Source: a phage | Direction: 5' to 3' (one strand) | Sequence record: PQ536907.1 | Length of the DNA stretch: 64,000 nt | Shown here: positions 8,809-21,352 of the stretch, piece by piece | Numbering within the stretch: the first letter of the stretch is position 1 | Layout of the letters: each line of letters opens with the position of its first letter | Program-made: the position numbers and the translations under genes | Notes under the pieces: generated by a model | The model's input: the letters and a program-made list of their open reading frames with translations, nothing else | Databases searched by the model: none | Told to the model about the DNA's origin: nothing

Positions 8809-10268
8809 AGACCAGTTACCTCATGAAAATCACCAAATACATCTTCGAATGTATTAGCTTTAGTTTTATCTTCACGTAAACGAATCGCAATCGGAAGAAA
8901 TAATTTAACGTAATCAGTGCGGCCATCAGATTTTAACCAACCGTTGCATTCGCACTCTAGAATTTTTCCAATATAATAATTTTGGTTTTCCATAATGCGA
9001 GTACGGTCAAGCTCATGTGATTTTACGCCGGCTTTATCTTTTAAGCCTGAACCAGCATTTACTTTAATTTTTCCACACTCTGATTCAAGAATAAATCCAC
9101 CTGCTTTAGTAGGGTCTTTACGGTGAGGATAAATTCCTACAATTTTTAAATCAACATCAATTACTTCTTTAAATTTATAGAGATTTTTTGAACGAGCATT
9201 TTCCCATAATCCATCGATATTTTTGAGAATAATACCTTCAAGACCTTGGTCAATATACTTTTTATAAATTACCTTAGCTTCATCTAGGTTATTTACTACT
9301 TGGTTTTCAATTAAAATTACTTTATCATAGCCTGATGTCATTTGTTCTAGTTTAGAAAAACGTACATCATATTTTAAACGAAATGCTGGAAGACCGTATA
9401 TTTCTACCAACGGAACATAATCCCAGACCTGAAACTTCATGCATTGAGCTTCTTTTTCTGAAATAGTTCCCTTTAAAGATTTATTAGCGATTCCATTAGA
9501 AGTAGTACGTGATTCAGCTACTTCAGCAAACTCTTTAGCTTTACTAATTTCAGGATAAGCATCAAAAAGAAAATCTAGGCCTTCTGGCTCCTTTTTAACT
9601 TGCTCATGGTATACCAATTCGCCATCAATTAACACACCTTCTGGATGAATCTGGCGGGCTTCAGCGGTCATTTTGATTAACTCTTCCTTAAGAAGATCTA
9701 ATCCTAGATATTCATTACCAGCTCGTGATAAAAGACGGACATCATCTAATTCATCACCTCTAACTTCAGCAAAACACCGAGCTCCATCTGCTTTTAATTG
9801 TGCAAAGGCTGGAAATTTGATATTCTTACTAATGCCTTTTTCATCATAAGAACTTGCGAGCATTTGAGGTTGTTCAGGAATTAAACCTGGCCAAACTTTG
9901 TTTGCAATAGATACTGAAGCACCACATTCAAGGTCTCGCATCATCACTCGACGCAAAACTTCAACATCATCTTTTTTACCATCGGTGATATATCCAGATA
10001 ATTCCTCAATTGCCGCATTTCCGGTCAATTTCCGAGTAGCTAACGTGAATTCAATGAAGTCAAGCATATCGGTAAGAGTCAACATTCCAAAACTCTGGGT
10101 AGCAATACCCGGTTTAGGCCATTTCTTGATATAATACTGTAACCCACGAGAATAAGTCAGACGATATACTCGTTTAAGCAATTCATTATCTTTATTCTTT
10201 TCAAGAATTGCTTGCTTCTGCTTAGTTGAACCAATAGATGCTATTTCGTTCAGAATTTTAAGAATCAT
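8805..10268 (-). CDS. 30: ATP-dependent DNA ligase gp30
   Basis: 487 aa; sequence matches my recollection of T4 DNA ligase (MILKILNEIASIGSTKQKQAILEKNKDNELLKRVYRL...); adenylation motif KADG. Confidence 0.95.
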   Translation of the reverse strand: MILKILNEIASIGSTKQKQAILEKNKDNELLKRVYRLTYSRGLQYYIKKWPKPGIATQSFGMLTLTDMLDFIEFTLATRKLTGNAAIEELSGYITDGKKDDVEVLRRVMMRDLECGASVSIANKVWPGLIPEQPQMLASSYDEKGISKNIKFPAFAQLKADGARCFAEVRGDELDDVRLLSRAGNEYLGLDLLKEELIKMTAEARQIHPEGVLIDGELVYHEQVKKEPEGLDFLFDAYPEISKAKEFAEVAESRTTSNGIANKSLKGTISEKEAQCMKFQVWDYVPLVEIYGLPAFRLKYDVRFSKLEQMTSGYDKVILIENQVVNNLDEAKVIYKKYIDQGLEGIILKNIDGLWENARSKNLYKFKEVIDVDLKIVGIYPHRKDPTKAGGFILESECGKIKVNAGSGLKDKAGVKSHELDRTRIMENQNYYIGKILECECNGWLKSDGRTDYVKLFLPIAIRLREDKTKANTFEDVFGDFHEVTGL

Positions 10269-10534
10269 TGTTCATCCTTTAGAGTTTGGTTTACAGCTCT
10301 ATTATAAATCAATTCATCATTAAGCTCAGTCAAAGACCTGTGGTACGTGGTTCTAACTTTATTTCCTTGCATCCAATGCTTGACGTAAATGAAACCTTGC
10401 TCTACACATTTTTTAAAAATTCGTTCGTCTTTTTGAGCTCGGAATTCTGGATTGCATCTAAAAAATTGATTTACGTGACCGTAATCACGTGTAGTATTAC
10501 CTTCATTTTCATAAATAGTGTGAACAACAAACAT
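10265..10534 (-). CDS. Hypothetical protein (30.1-like, 89 aa)
   Basis: ORF overlapping the ligase start region; first ORF of the 30.x cluster. Confidence 0.5.
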   Translation of the reverse strand: MFVVHTIYENEGNTTRDYGHVNQFFRCNPEFRAQKDERIFKKCVEQGFIYVKHWMQGNKVRTTYHRSLTELNDELIYNRAVNQTLKDEQ

Positions 10535-11370
10535 TAGAATGCTCCTTGGAAAATATTATCACCACTAGTAGGTCTATTATACAAATACTCTATACCACCG
10601 GGTTTAATATAGTTCCATGTCTGAAACGGATGCGTCTGATATGGATGATATGGATTATAAGGATTAAATCCAGGAGTTCTCCAGGTAGTGTTCCAACGAA
10701 AAGAATCATTTTTAATCATCTTTTCAATTACATCTTTTATAGCTTTTTCACTATCAAAACTTTCTTTATTTTCCTTCGGTGAAAAAAGCTTATTCTCTAC
10801 ATCGTTCCATGTATAAACTCGCTGAGCGGTTTTTGGAATACTGTCACGTTCCCCTCGAGCCATCCAATACACAGGAACACGTAATATTTCACTCGCATGA
10901 TCGCAGTGGTGAGCGAGATCGTCAATATAACAAATTACGTTATATTTCTCTTTTGCCTTTTTGAACAACTCTTCTTTTGAAGAATCATGACCACACATCA
11001 TTACTTCTGAGAAGGCACCAGGAAAAAGAGCATTCAAATTAAATTGACGATTCAACAGAGCGTCAATAGAATCACCCAATGCTGTAACAGCTACAAAATT
11101 ATAATCTTCTTTTAATTTGTTAATTACACACAGAGCATCTTTATATGGAGACAAGTAACGAATAAAATCTGATCGATTGTATTTTTCAATTAACTTGACG
11201 CCAAGTTCTTCATCACAATTAAAAAGTTTACCTGGAGAAATAAATTTTTCATCCTGGATCATTTTTAAAATATGTTCCAACGGAAGATTATATTTCTGAG
11301 CAAAATAAGGAAGGCCTGATTGCCAGCTTAAACATACTCCATCAATATCAGTTAAAATAGTAGGCTTCAT
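10534..11370 (-). CDS. HAD-superfamily hydrolase-like protein (30.2-like, 278 aa)
   Basis: N-terminal DIDGV motif (HAD motif I, DxDG); ATGA-type coupling to neighbours. Confidence 0.6.
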   Translation of the reverse strand: MKPTILTDIDGVCLSWQSGLPYFAQKYNLPLEHILKMIQDEKFISPGKLFNCDEELGVKLIEKYNRSDFIRYLSPYKDALCVINKLKEDYNFVAVTALGDSIDALLNRQFNLNALFPGAFSEVMMCGHDSSKEELFKKAKEKYNVICYIDDLAHHCDHASEILRVPVYWMARGERDSIPKTAQRVYTWNDVENKLFSPKENKESFDSEKAIKDVIEKMIKNDSFRWNTTWRTPGFNPYNPYHPYQTHPFQTWNYIKPGGIEYLYNRPTSGDNIFQGAF

Positions 11371-11831
11371 AGAGAGTCTCTTAATAGGTTTAACACATCA
11401 ATAAATTCAGCTTCGGTTAGTATTGTATCATCTTTTGTTAGACCACTAGCCATGCTGTGCTTCAAAACTTTTCCTTTCGAGGCTTGTAATGCATCGCGAA
11501 AGCCCCTGTTTTGGAACGCTGCTTCAAAATATGCATTTGTGTATAATTCTTTCCACGCTGGAGAGTATCTTGAAAACGGAACTCCAAGCCAGAAGAGGGT
11601 CCCACGGTCCTGAGCTCTTGCATAAGACCTTCCAGCTTGTTGGGCGGCAAGACCGGATAACCCAAATATACGACGTTGCTGTTCAATATTTTTCACCTTA
11701 CACCCTTGGAGGAATCCTTCGAGACCTCCAAATTGGATACCATCCATAACAAAAGGCCATTGGGCGAAATTACTTAATGCGCATGATGGCCATCTAAAAT
11801 TGCTTCTAATCTCTAACTCAGACATTTTCAA
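11367..11831 (-). CDS. NADAR / YbiA-like (DUF1768) protein (30.3-like, 154 aa)
   Basis: Motif CALSNFAQWPFVMDG resembles the YbiA/NADAR signature (DFSNFAAWPIKVDG) as I recall it. Confidence 0.6.
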   Translation of the reverse strand: MKMSELEIRSNFRWPSCALSNFAQWPFVMDGIQFGGLEGFLQGCKVKNIEQQRRIFGLSGLAAQQAGRSYARAQDRGTLFWLGVPFSRYSPAWKELYTNAYFEAAFQNRGFRDALQASKGKVLKHSMASGLTKDDTILTEAEFIDVLNLLRDSL

Positions 11832-12024
11832 TACTTATAATTTCAACATCAGCCCAATGACCATAGCAAGGAAGACGAAATTCAACTGGCCAGTTAGGGT
11901 CCTTTTCTAATATAATAGACTTAACTTGTGGTTCTTCGTGTTCATCAGTATATGGATTTTTATCTGTTACTTTATATGTGACCTTAATGTACTGAATTCC
12001 AAAAATCTTATTAATTATATTCAT
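11818..12024 (-). CDS. Hypothetical protein (68 aa)
   Basis: ORF tightly packed in the 30.x cluster, overlapping its neighbours. Confidence 0.45.
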   Translation of the reverse strand: MNIINKIFGIQYIKVTYKVTDKNPYTDEHEEPQVKSIILEKDPNWPVEFRLPCYGHWADVEIISIENV

Positions 12025-12218
12025 ACTAATTCCTTTAATCCGTAAATAGGAGATAATTCATCGCCCATACGAAGGTCTTCATTTCCATCTACCCAGGAAA
12101 CAATATAAGCCTCTTTTATTTGAATACCACTCCATTTAAATGGAGGTAGAACCTTAGAAATTAATCCAGGTATACCAACTCCCTTTAATTCAACAGTTTG
12201 ACCTAAAAAGAATTTCAT
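12021..12218 (-). CDS. Hypothetical protein (65 aa)
   Basis: ORF with overlapping start/stop in the 30.x cluster. Confidence 0.45.
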   Translation of the reverse strand: MKFFLGQTVELKGVGIPGLISKVLPPFKWSGIQIKEAYIVSWVDGNEDLRMGDELSPIYGLKELV

Positions 12219-12505
12219 TAGAACCTCATCTGAAAACCGTGCGATTTAACATTACCGCCGCCAATATCAGAAATGTTAATTTCGCGCGCAATTGAAGGGT
12301 CAATGTCAATTTCACGATTGAGTTTAGTGATAGCTAAAGTATCGCGCCCATTTACTGTACGGAATTTTAAAGGACAAACCACATCAACGTAGTTTTTAAT
12401 CGATTCACTGGTAGGCTGCAAATGAGCAGGAAGGTCTTTAGGTGCCTTTGAGAAAACAACTTCACAGAAATTTTTGCGGGTGTCAAAATAAGTAGTCATA
12501 AACAT
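12218..12505 (-). CDS. Hypothetical protein (95 aa)
   Basis: ORF; GC hairpin aggggctaaagcccct immediately upstream of its ribosome-binding site. Confidence 0.5.
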   Translation of the reverse strand: MFMTTYFDTRKNFCEVVFSKAPKDLPAHLQPTSESIKNYVDVVCPLKFRTVNGRDTLAITKLNREIDIDPSIAREINISDIGGGNVKSHGFQMRF

Positions 12506-12546
12506 AATATTTTCCTCAGTAAGGGGCTAAAGCCCCTCATTTTATT

Positions 12547-12924
12547 TTAAATATCAAATTCATTAAGAACTACATCAAAGATTGCTTCAAGATGCTCAGA
12601 TTTGGCTTTGTTACTCAGAATATGACGAATCCAAGTTTTAACTAAGAGTTTACGATTAACGCCATTCCAGCAAGGATGAGTCCCTAAATCGCGTTGACGG
12701 AAATCATCATCCAGAGCGATTTTAAAGTTGGAACCTTCCATTGTGATTGAAACCGTGATACCGTTTTCAAATCGCATATAAACGTAATTAGGAGTCATAT
12801 ACTGATCGATTTCGCATACTGATCCGTTTTGATGTTTCCAGAGGCAAATAGTATCAATAGAACCTGCAATACCATTAGAAACATATTTACGTTCAAAGTT
12901 GATGTAGTTCATTTTATTCTCCAA
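12547..12924 (-). CDS. Hypothetical protein (125 aa)
   Basis: ORF in the 30.x cluster. Confidence 0.5.
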   Translation of the reverse strand: MENKMNYINFERKYVSNGIAGSIDTICLWKHQNGSVCEIDQYMTPNYVYMRFENGITVSITMEGSNFKIALDDDFRQRDLGTHPCWNGVNRKLLVKTWIRHILSNKAKSEHLEAIFDVVLNEFDI

Positions 12925-12979
12925 GATGTTTAATTGCGGTACAGGTATATAATATCATATCCTGTACCAAAGTAAACAA

Positions 12980-13312
12980 TTATTTTACTACTTTCCAATG
13001 CTGCATGTCAAGTTTACCAACTTTTTTCATCTTCTCAATTAAGCGTTCGGCACGTTGGCGAGCTGTAACATAATGCCATTCGCCTAATTCATTTTGTTCA
13101 ATTTTTCCAACGATTACTGTATTCAATTCATAAATCCAACCAGTAAAGAAATTATGAACTTGAATTGTAAAGGTGAAATCTGTTCCCATACCTTCTGTTG
13201 TTTCTACTTCAATAATATCACCTTCAACTGCCATTAAGAACCACATAGTTTCATCATATTTACCATTGAAGCATTTAGTTTTAACTGTAGCGTTCAGATT
13301 AATCGTTTTCAT
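12980..13312 (-). CDS. Hypothetical protein (110 aa)
   Basis: ORF in the 30.x cluster. Confidence 0.5.
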   Translation of the reverse strand: MKTINLNATVKTKCFNGKYDETMWFLMAVEGDIIEVETTEGMGTDFTFTIQVHNFFTGWIYELNTVIVGKIEQNELGEWHYVTARQRAERLIEKMKKVGKLDMQHWKVVK

Positions 13313-13422
13313 TTTATTCTCCTTTGTTTGTGTAAGATAATACTATCACAAAGGAACCGTACTGTAAACAACTTTGTGCAATCTTTGGAAAATAAAAAAG
13401 GACTCCCGAAGGAGTCCTCAAC

Positions 13423-13599
13423 TTATGCTTTCTGCTTACCAAAACGAGAAGCATCATCTCGAAGAACCGCACGTGCTCGGCGCATGATCTTCTCAACAGT
13501 TTGATTGATACGAGAGTTCGACCCACGCTTGTAACCAGCGCGTTTAGAATCACCAACTTTCTTTTCAACTGCTTTCTTTGCTTTAGCTTGTTTTGCCAT
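13423..13599 (-). CDS. Small basic protein (about 58 aa, Lys/Arg-rich)
   Basis: Track ORF trimmed to the internal Met (MAKQAKAKKAVEKK...), which has an upstream AAGAGA ribosome-binding site. Confidence 0.45.
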   Translation of the reverse strand: MAKQAKAKKAVEKKVGDSKRAGYKRGSNSRINQTVEKIMRRARAVLRDDASRFGKQKA

Positions 13600-13887
13600 T
13601 ATAAATTCTCTTTTAAATGAAAATGCAGGACTTATTGGCATTGCCTGCGCAAGCCCTCAAGGGGGTACTTAGGTTTTGAATATTTACCGACAGGATAACC
13701 ATAAACCTCGTCATCATACCACCAAGACTTACACAGATAACACTTTTCTGACGCATGATAGTAACATTCAAGAGGTACACCGTAAAACTGCCGGGGTCTT
13801 AAAACTATAATGATTTGCGAATCATTAATCAGACAGTTCGACGGCTCCTCGATTTAGCTCACACTAAGGCAGTGAATCTCCAATAAA

Positions 13888-14136
13888 TTACTTCAATGTT
13901 ACCACAAAGTGACGAACTGCTTTTCGTGCAGCAGAAGCCAGAGACTTAGCATACTTAAGTTCATCTTTTTCCTGAAGCTCAGCAGCTAATGCAGTTTGAG
14001 CAGGATTCAGATGTTTGAAATAACGCAGGATTTCAAGAGCTTCGGCTTCAACATCAATAGATGCGCCATAGTTTTCGTGACCATTATTCCATGCGTTTCG
14101 TTGCAGTTCAAGAGCGTGTTGTAATTGTTTAATCAT
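13888..14136 (-). CDS. rIII: rIII lysis-inhibition accessory protein
   Basis: 82 aa (T4 rIII length); position between the 30.x cluster and gene 31 as in T4. Confidence 0.8.
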   Translation of the reverse strand: MIKQLQHALELQRNAWNNGHENYGASIDVEAEALEILRYFKHLNPAQTALAAELQEKDELKYAKSLASAARKAVRHFVVTLK

Positions 14137-14262
14137 TTAAAAATTCTCGTTAGAGATTAAAACTCGGTAGTCACGTTCTTCTGAATTTCATCTTCTTTCG
14201 ACAGATCTCTCAGTTGTAGACTACCACATAGAATTGAAACTCAATTCATATTATTATTTATA

Positions 14263-14598
14263 TCACTTATAAAGACACGGAATAGCTTTATAGTGACAGG
14301 TAACAAATTTTTGTTTAATTTCTTTTGGCTGCTTAAGACCCAGAGCTACAAAAGGATGCGGAACGTTTCGAATTTGACCAACTGGAAGAGAAGTCAAATC
14401 ACCAACTTCACAAAAACCTTCAGGAACATCAGGACCGACAGAGTGAATTACACACAGTTCAGGAACTTCACCTTGAACACGTTTACCGATAATAAGTCCT
14501 GATTCTGTAACTTCTTCATCACCGGCTTGTGCAGGTTCAGAAACTAAAATAACATATTCACCGACAGCACGAATTGGTAGCTGTTGTACTTCAGACAT
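14263..14598 (-). CDS. 31: Co-chaperonin gp31 (GroES analogue for capsid folding)
   Basis: 111 aa; GroES-like mobile-loop region; synteny rIII-31-cd. Confidence 0.88.
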   Translation of the reverse strand: MSEVQQLPIRAVGEYVILVSEPAQAGDEEVTESGLIIGKRVQGEVPELCVIHSVGPDVPEGFCEVGDLTSLPVGQIRNVPHPFVALGLKQPKEIKQKFVTCHYKAIPCLYK

Positions 14599-14654
14599 CG
14601 TTTTTCCTTTTTGTTAACAGATGAATTAATAATAACAAATAATTCTTAAAGCAT

Positions 14655-14963
14655 TTATTTACCAATAAATTGGAGTAAATGCTCAACTTTCATACCATTA
14701 ACAGAAATCAATTTGTCAATAGAAAAACCTCGCCATGCGCCAAGTTCAACATCAAATACTGGAATCATGTCAGTAGATTCTTTCCGAGTAGATTCAGTCA
14801 ATTTACCAGTTTGCATGGTTGGCATAAAGTCTGCATCACGCGTACCTTTCATAGTACGAATAGTACCATCAGACTTTTCAAAAACTACGTTTGAAACACC
14901 CATGGACAGTTTAGTTTTCAAAATTTCACGAATTGCTACTTTCTGCTCAGTTGTCAGTTTCAT
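14655..14963 (-). CDS. Hypothetical protein (31.1-like, 102 aa)
   Basis: ORF downstream of gene 31. Confidence 0.5.
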   Translation of the reverse strand: MKLTTEQKVAIREILKTKLSMGVSNVVFEKSDGTIRTMKGTRDADFMPTMQTGKLTESTRKESTDMIPVFDVELGAWRGFSIDKLISVNGMKVEHLLQFIGK

Positions 14964-15200
14964 TTATTTACCTATCACAGTTTTAATATGAGTTGTTCCA
15001 CGTTCTTTAAGGGTGGAAAGTAATTTTTGGCATTTTTCTAAATCAGATTTCCAACTATATGGTCTATCAATACTAGTCCAATCAGTTTTATAATACTGTT
15101 TCCATTTAGAGAAAAAATACTTCTTATACTCTACAGCAAATGAAATGTTCTCGTTAGAATAAGAACTAATTGCTGTGAGCTGTACCAAACGAAATTTCAT
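14964..15200 (-). CDS. Hypothetical protein (31.2-like, 78 aa)
   Basis: ORF; start overlaps the cd stop. Confidence 0.45.
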   Translation of the reverse strand: MKFRLVQLTAISSYSNENISFAVEYKKYFFSKWKQYYKTDWTSIDRPYSWKSDLEKCQKLLSTLKERGTTHIKTVIGK

Positions 15201-15781
15201 TATTCACCACAGAATTCGTTGATATTTTCCCAATTTAACTTATTCAAGTTTTTCTTAGGAACATTAAACACTTCAATACCTGCATTTCGCAGAATATCAT
15301 CCCAGCCAGGTTTATTTTTATCGTATGTTTCACAATAAACCAGCTTTTTAATTCCAGATTGAGCTATCGCTTTTGCACAATCTGGGCAAGGAGAAAGTGT
15401 TACATACATAGTAGCACCTTCAATAGAAGAACCATTTCGTGCAGCAAACAAAATCGCATTTAGTTCAGCGTGAATTTCATTTTTAGACGACCATTCAGAG
15501 TGAGCGCTACGGTGTTCTTTCGCCAAGACAAAACGATCAGTTGAACCAAACGATACGCATTCAGGCTTATGACCTTGAATGATAGTATGTTTAGGCTTGT
15601 TCAACAACCAGCCTTGTTCAGCAGCATAATCACAGCAATTCACACCACCAGCAGGTGAACCATTATATCCGGTAGAAATAATACGTCCATTCTTTTCAAT
15701 TACTGCTCCTACCTTCCAGGAGCAGCATTTTGATTCTTGCGATACTAAATATGCAATTTGAAGTACTGTACTCGCTTTCAT
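15200..15781 (-). CDS. cd: dCMP deaminase
   Basis: 193 aa; zinc-binding motifs HAELNAI and SPCPDCAK typical of cytidine/dCMP deaminases. Confidence 0.9.
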   Translation of the reverse strand: MKASTVLQIAYLVSQESKCCSWKVGAVIEKNGRIISTGYNGSPAGGVNCCDYAAEQGWLLNKPKHTIIQGHKPECVSFGSTDRFVLAKEHRSAHSEWSSKNEIHAELNAILFAARNGSSIEGATMYVTLSPCPDCAKAIAQSGIKKLVYCETYDKNKPGWDDILRNAGIEVFNVPKKNLNKLNWENINEFCGE

Positions 15782-16116
15782 TTCATAATCACCAGATAAG
15801 CAGATTTAGCAGTTTCTACACGATAAATTTCGTGACGAAGTTTAGTTATACTTTTAATAACAGAACTAATTATATTCTGCCCATCTTTAAAGCGGTTTTT
15901 CTTATCAATAAAAATTGCGCCAACCAGCTTTTTGTGAAGCTCAACTGGATACTTCGTCACAATAATAGCATCATACACAGAAGGATGAATACTATTCACT
16001 AGAGTGTCATTCATTAAAGTTATTCTAATGAACTGTGCTGTTTCAGAGTCAAGCGCTCTATGATCGCCAGTATCATTTTCAAGACAATTATCAATTATAT
16101 CAGTTAAATTCATCAT
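15778..16116 (-). CDS. Hypothetical protein (112 aa)
   Basis: ORF with ATGA overlap to cd. Confidence 0.5.
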   Translation of the reverse strand: MMNLTDIIDNCLENDTGDHRALDSETAQFIRITLMNDTLVNSIHPSVYDAIIVTKYPVELHKKLVGAIFIDKKNRFKDGQNIISSVIKSITKLRHEIYRVETAKSAYLVIMK

Positions 16117-16349
16117 AGTACGCCATACACCCTTTGTGCTTCAACTAATCCATCAAAATCCAATTTGAGATGTGTTATTTGGTCACCATCACCTGGATTC
16201 ACAATTACTAATACTGAACGAGGAGTTTCGGTAATAACGCGAACCGATGTTTCTGGAAATCGTTCAGAAACCTTATTTACCAATTCCTGAGCAAATAGTT
16301 TAACTTTTTCTTGGAATTCTTTAACAGTAATTGGTTTTTCACTTAGCAT
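16113..16349 (-). CDS. Hypothetical protein (78 aa)
   Basis: ORF with overlapping start/stop. Confidence 0.45.
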   Translation of the reverse strand: MLSEKPITVKEFQEKVKLFAQELVNKVSERFPETSVRVITETPRSVLVIVNPGDGDQITHLKLDFDGLVEAQRVYGVL

Positions 16350-16411
16350 TTTGTTTTCCTCATTTGTTTTGGTAGAGCTATAATATCACAACTCTACCGT
16401 AAAGTAAACTG

Positions 16412-16687
16412 TTAAATTGCTTTGAATTCTGATGTCTGTGATTCAAAGCGAATATCGCCTTTGATGACTAGCTCAGCATCAAGACCAAATACGACAATGA
16501 TATGCGCAGAACCTGGATACAGCGTAATGGCAATAGAATCCACCTGGTCTGGAAGCAAAGTGTTCAATACATGAGTCACTTGAGCATGAATTCGAAGCTC
16601 GGCTGCGTTATCAAGCTTTTCAAACATATTATTAGCGATAATTTGGCTAAAAACTACTTCTACGATTTTAGAATAAGTCGGAAACAT
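16412..16687 (-). CDS. Hypothetical protein (91 aa)
   Basis: ORF. Confidence 0.45.
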   Translation of the reverse strand: MFPTYSKIVEVVFSQIIANNMFEKLDNAAELRIHAQVTHVLNTLLPDQVDSIAITLYPGSAHIIVVFGLDAELVIKGDIRFESQTSEFKAI

Positions 16688-16689
16688 AT

Positions 16690-16882
16690 TTACCTCACAT
16701 AATTTTCTTCAAGCCAATCAATAACATCCAACGCATTATCAAAAGTTGAACCATCTACTTTGTCTTCTGTTTCATAATCAAGAACATCTAAGCCTACTCT
16801 TCCATCAACAATAGGCCATAAACAAAATAGATATTTCTTTTCTTTTTCAATTTTATCACAAAGTCGATAAATCTTTTCTATG

Positions 16883-16890
<8 letters not shown>
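16690..16890 (-). CDS. Hypothetical protein (66 aa)
   Basis: ORF. Confidence 0.45.
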
Positions 16891-18305
<1,415 letters not shown>

Positions 18306-18539
18306 TTATTTTTTCTCAACCAATGATTGAATATAATCATGCAGGTCTTTAGATGCTTTACCCCACTTATTTTGATATTCATTTTTGAGATTAGCGCGTG
18401 ATTGAGCTAATAAAACATCATTAGTTGGAGGTAAAGATTCTAATCGCTGAATCTGGCGTCCATAAATCATTGCAGCCATCTCGGATTCATAAATCAATCC
18501 TTTAAGATGTTCAAATTGATGCCATGAAATCATTTGCAT
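18306..18539 (-). CDS. Hypothetical protein (77 aa)
   Basis: ORF. Confidence 0.45.
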   Translation of the reverse strand: MQMISWHQFEHLKGLIYESEMAAMIYGRQIQRLESLPPTNDVLLAQSRANLKNEYQNKWGKASKDLHDYIQSLVEKK

Positions 18540-18829
18540 TTATCCTCTTTTAACTCTTGACGATAATAACATATCATAGTTTTCTGGTCATGTACATATC
18601 GTTTTACATCATTAAGCCAAATACGAAATTCCTGGGAATCTTCAAATGGCATACCGACCCAAGCTTTACCATCAATAACTTTAACTTGCCAAGATAGTTT
18701 AGCTTCATCATATGACTTTATCTGCACAGGCCAATTAGGATGAACTGTTTCTTTCTTTACTTCTAGAGGCTTTGTCGAACAACCAACTAGAAGACCAATA
18801 GATAATATTACTGCTGATAGTCTAATCAT
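18530..18829 (-). CDS. Outer-membrane spanin lipoprotein (o-spanin)
   Basis: Signal peptide plus lipobox (LLVGCS); overlaps the i-spanin ORF by 4 nt; T4 spanins lie in the pseT.2/pseT.3 interval. Confidence 0.65.
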   Translation of the reverse strand: MIRLSAVILSIGLLVGCSTKPLEVKKETVHPNWPVQIKSYDEAKLSWQVKVIDGKAWVGMPFEDSQEFRIWLNDVKRYVHDQKTMICYYRQELKEDKCK

Positions 18830-19179
18830 TTAGAAAGGTCCTGGATGTCTTCTGCGAACTTGTTGAAGGAGTTATTGATTTGTTTTTCAACCAATCCTGG
18901 CTTATGAGCCACCACATCCGCCTTCTTTGCGTCTTTGCGCAGTTTTTCATTTTCACGCTCAATAGCAGCAATTGCCTCACGATTTTTATTATTCATCGCA
19001 TCAATATAATTATACTGAATTCGCAAATTATTTAATGCTAAGGCGTTTTCATTGGCCGTTTTTGTAATTTCAGTAACCGATGTTTCTAATCTTTCTACCT
19101 TATTTTTTAAAATAATAGATGTTCCGCCAAATACTATTACAAGTAATAGCAAACCTGCTGTCGTATTACTTAATTGCAT
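18826..19179 (-). CDS. Inner-membrane spanin (i-spanin)
   Basis: N-terminal transmembrane segment followed by a long coiled-coil-like charged helix; adjacent to the lipoprotein. Confidence 0.65.
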   Translation of the reverse strand: MQLSNTTAGLLLLVIVFGGTSIILKNKVERLETSVTEITKTANENALALNNLRIQYNYIDAMNNKNREAIAAIERENEKLRKDAKKADVVAHKPGLVEKQINNSFNKFAEDIQDLSK

Positions 19180-19676
19180 AAAGTTTTAATAACCTCTATA
19201 ATATCGTCTTGAGAAAGACCGTTAATTAAAATATGATGTTCCGCCGGAGATTTAGAAATTTTAAAGCATGCCGCAACATCTTCTGCCATATCTGATGCAC
19301 TACGATTTGGATTACTAATCCCAAGGCGGTGTTTTCCCGTTAAAGGATTAACGATGATATAGCATTTACAGTTGTTAATATGAACATTAGGTTGAGTCTG
19401 ATTAATGAACACATCACAATCATATTTCGCAAGCTGATTTTCTAAAAAGACTTTCATCTCCTCAACCGCATCAGGAAGCATATCACGGGCTTGCTCAAGA
19501 CGACGATTTCGATATTCTTTAATGGTCGTTTTCCGCTTGACTTGCTTAGCTAAATCTTTCTTAAGATCGGTGATATATCCAACTCGACGATTTCCTTTGA
19601 ATACAGAAATCCCATCTGTAGTATCACCGTATGCTTCAACGACCATTTCAGTAGTAATAAGTTGTAAATCCATCAT
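19170..19676 (-). CDS. alc: Alc-like protein (inhibitor of host transcription on cytosine DNA)
   Basis: 168 aa (T4 Alc 167 aa); position between the pseT block and rnlA as in T4. Confidence 0.65.
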   Translation of the reverse strand: MMDLQLITTEMVVEAYGDTTDGISVFKGNRRVGYITDLKKDLAKQVKRKTTIKEYRNRRLEQARDMLPDAVEEMKVFLENQLAKYDCDVFINQTQPNVHINNCKCYIIVNPLTGKHRLGISNPNRSASDMAEDVAACFKISKSPAEHHILINGLSQDDIIEVIKTLCN

Positions 19677-19681
19677 AAAGT

Positions 19682-19734
19682 CCTCATGTTATGTCAGTAA
19701 GACTACTATAACACAACACGAGGAACTTGTAAAC
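19682..19734 (-). promoter_or_regulatory. Early-type promoter plus 5' leader cassette (repeat copy 2, upstream of alc)
   Basis: About 50 nt near-identical (one mismatch) to 4361-4413, including GTTTAC, a -10-like element and leader up to the ribosome-binding site. Confidence 0.5.
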
Positions 19735-19737
19735 AGC

Positions 19738-21325
<1,588 letters not shown>

Positions 21326-21352
21326 AATAAAATGGGCCTTGCGGCCCACTCC

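Noticed and set aside
9898-10134. Track ORF on the + strand inside the DNA ligase gene
   Set aside because: Antisense to a ligase whose sequence I recognise along its full length; no start context.
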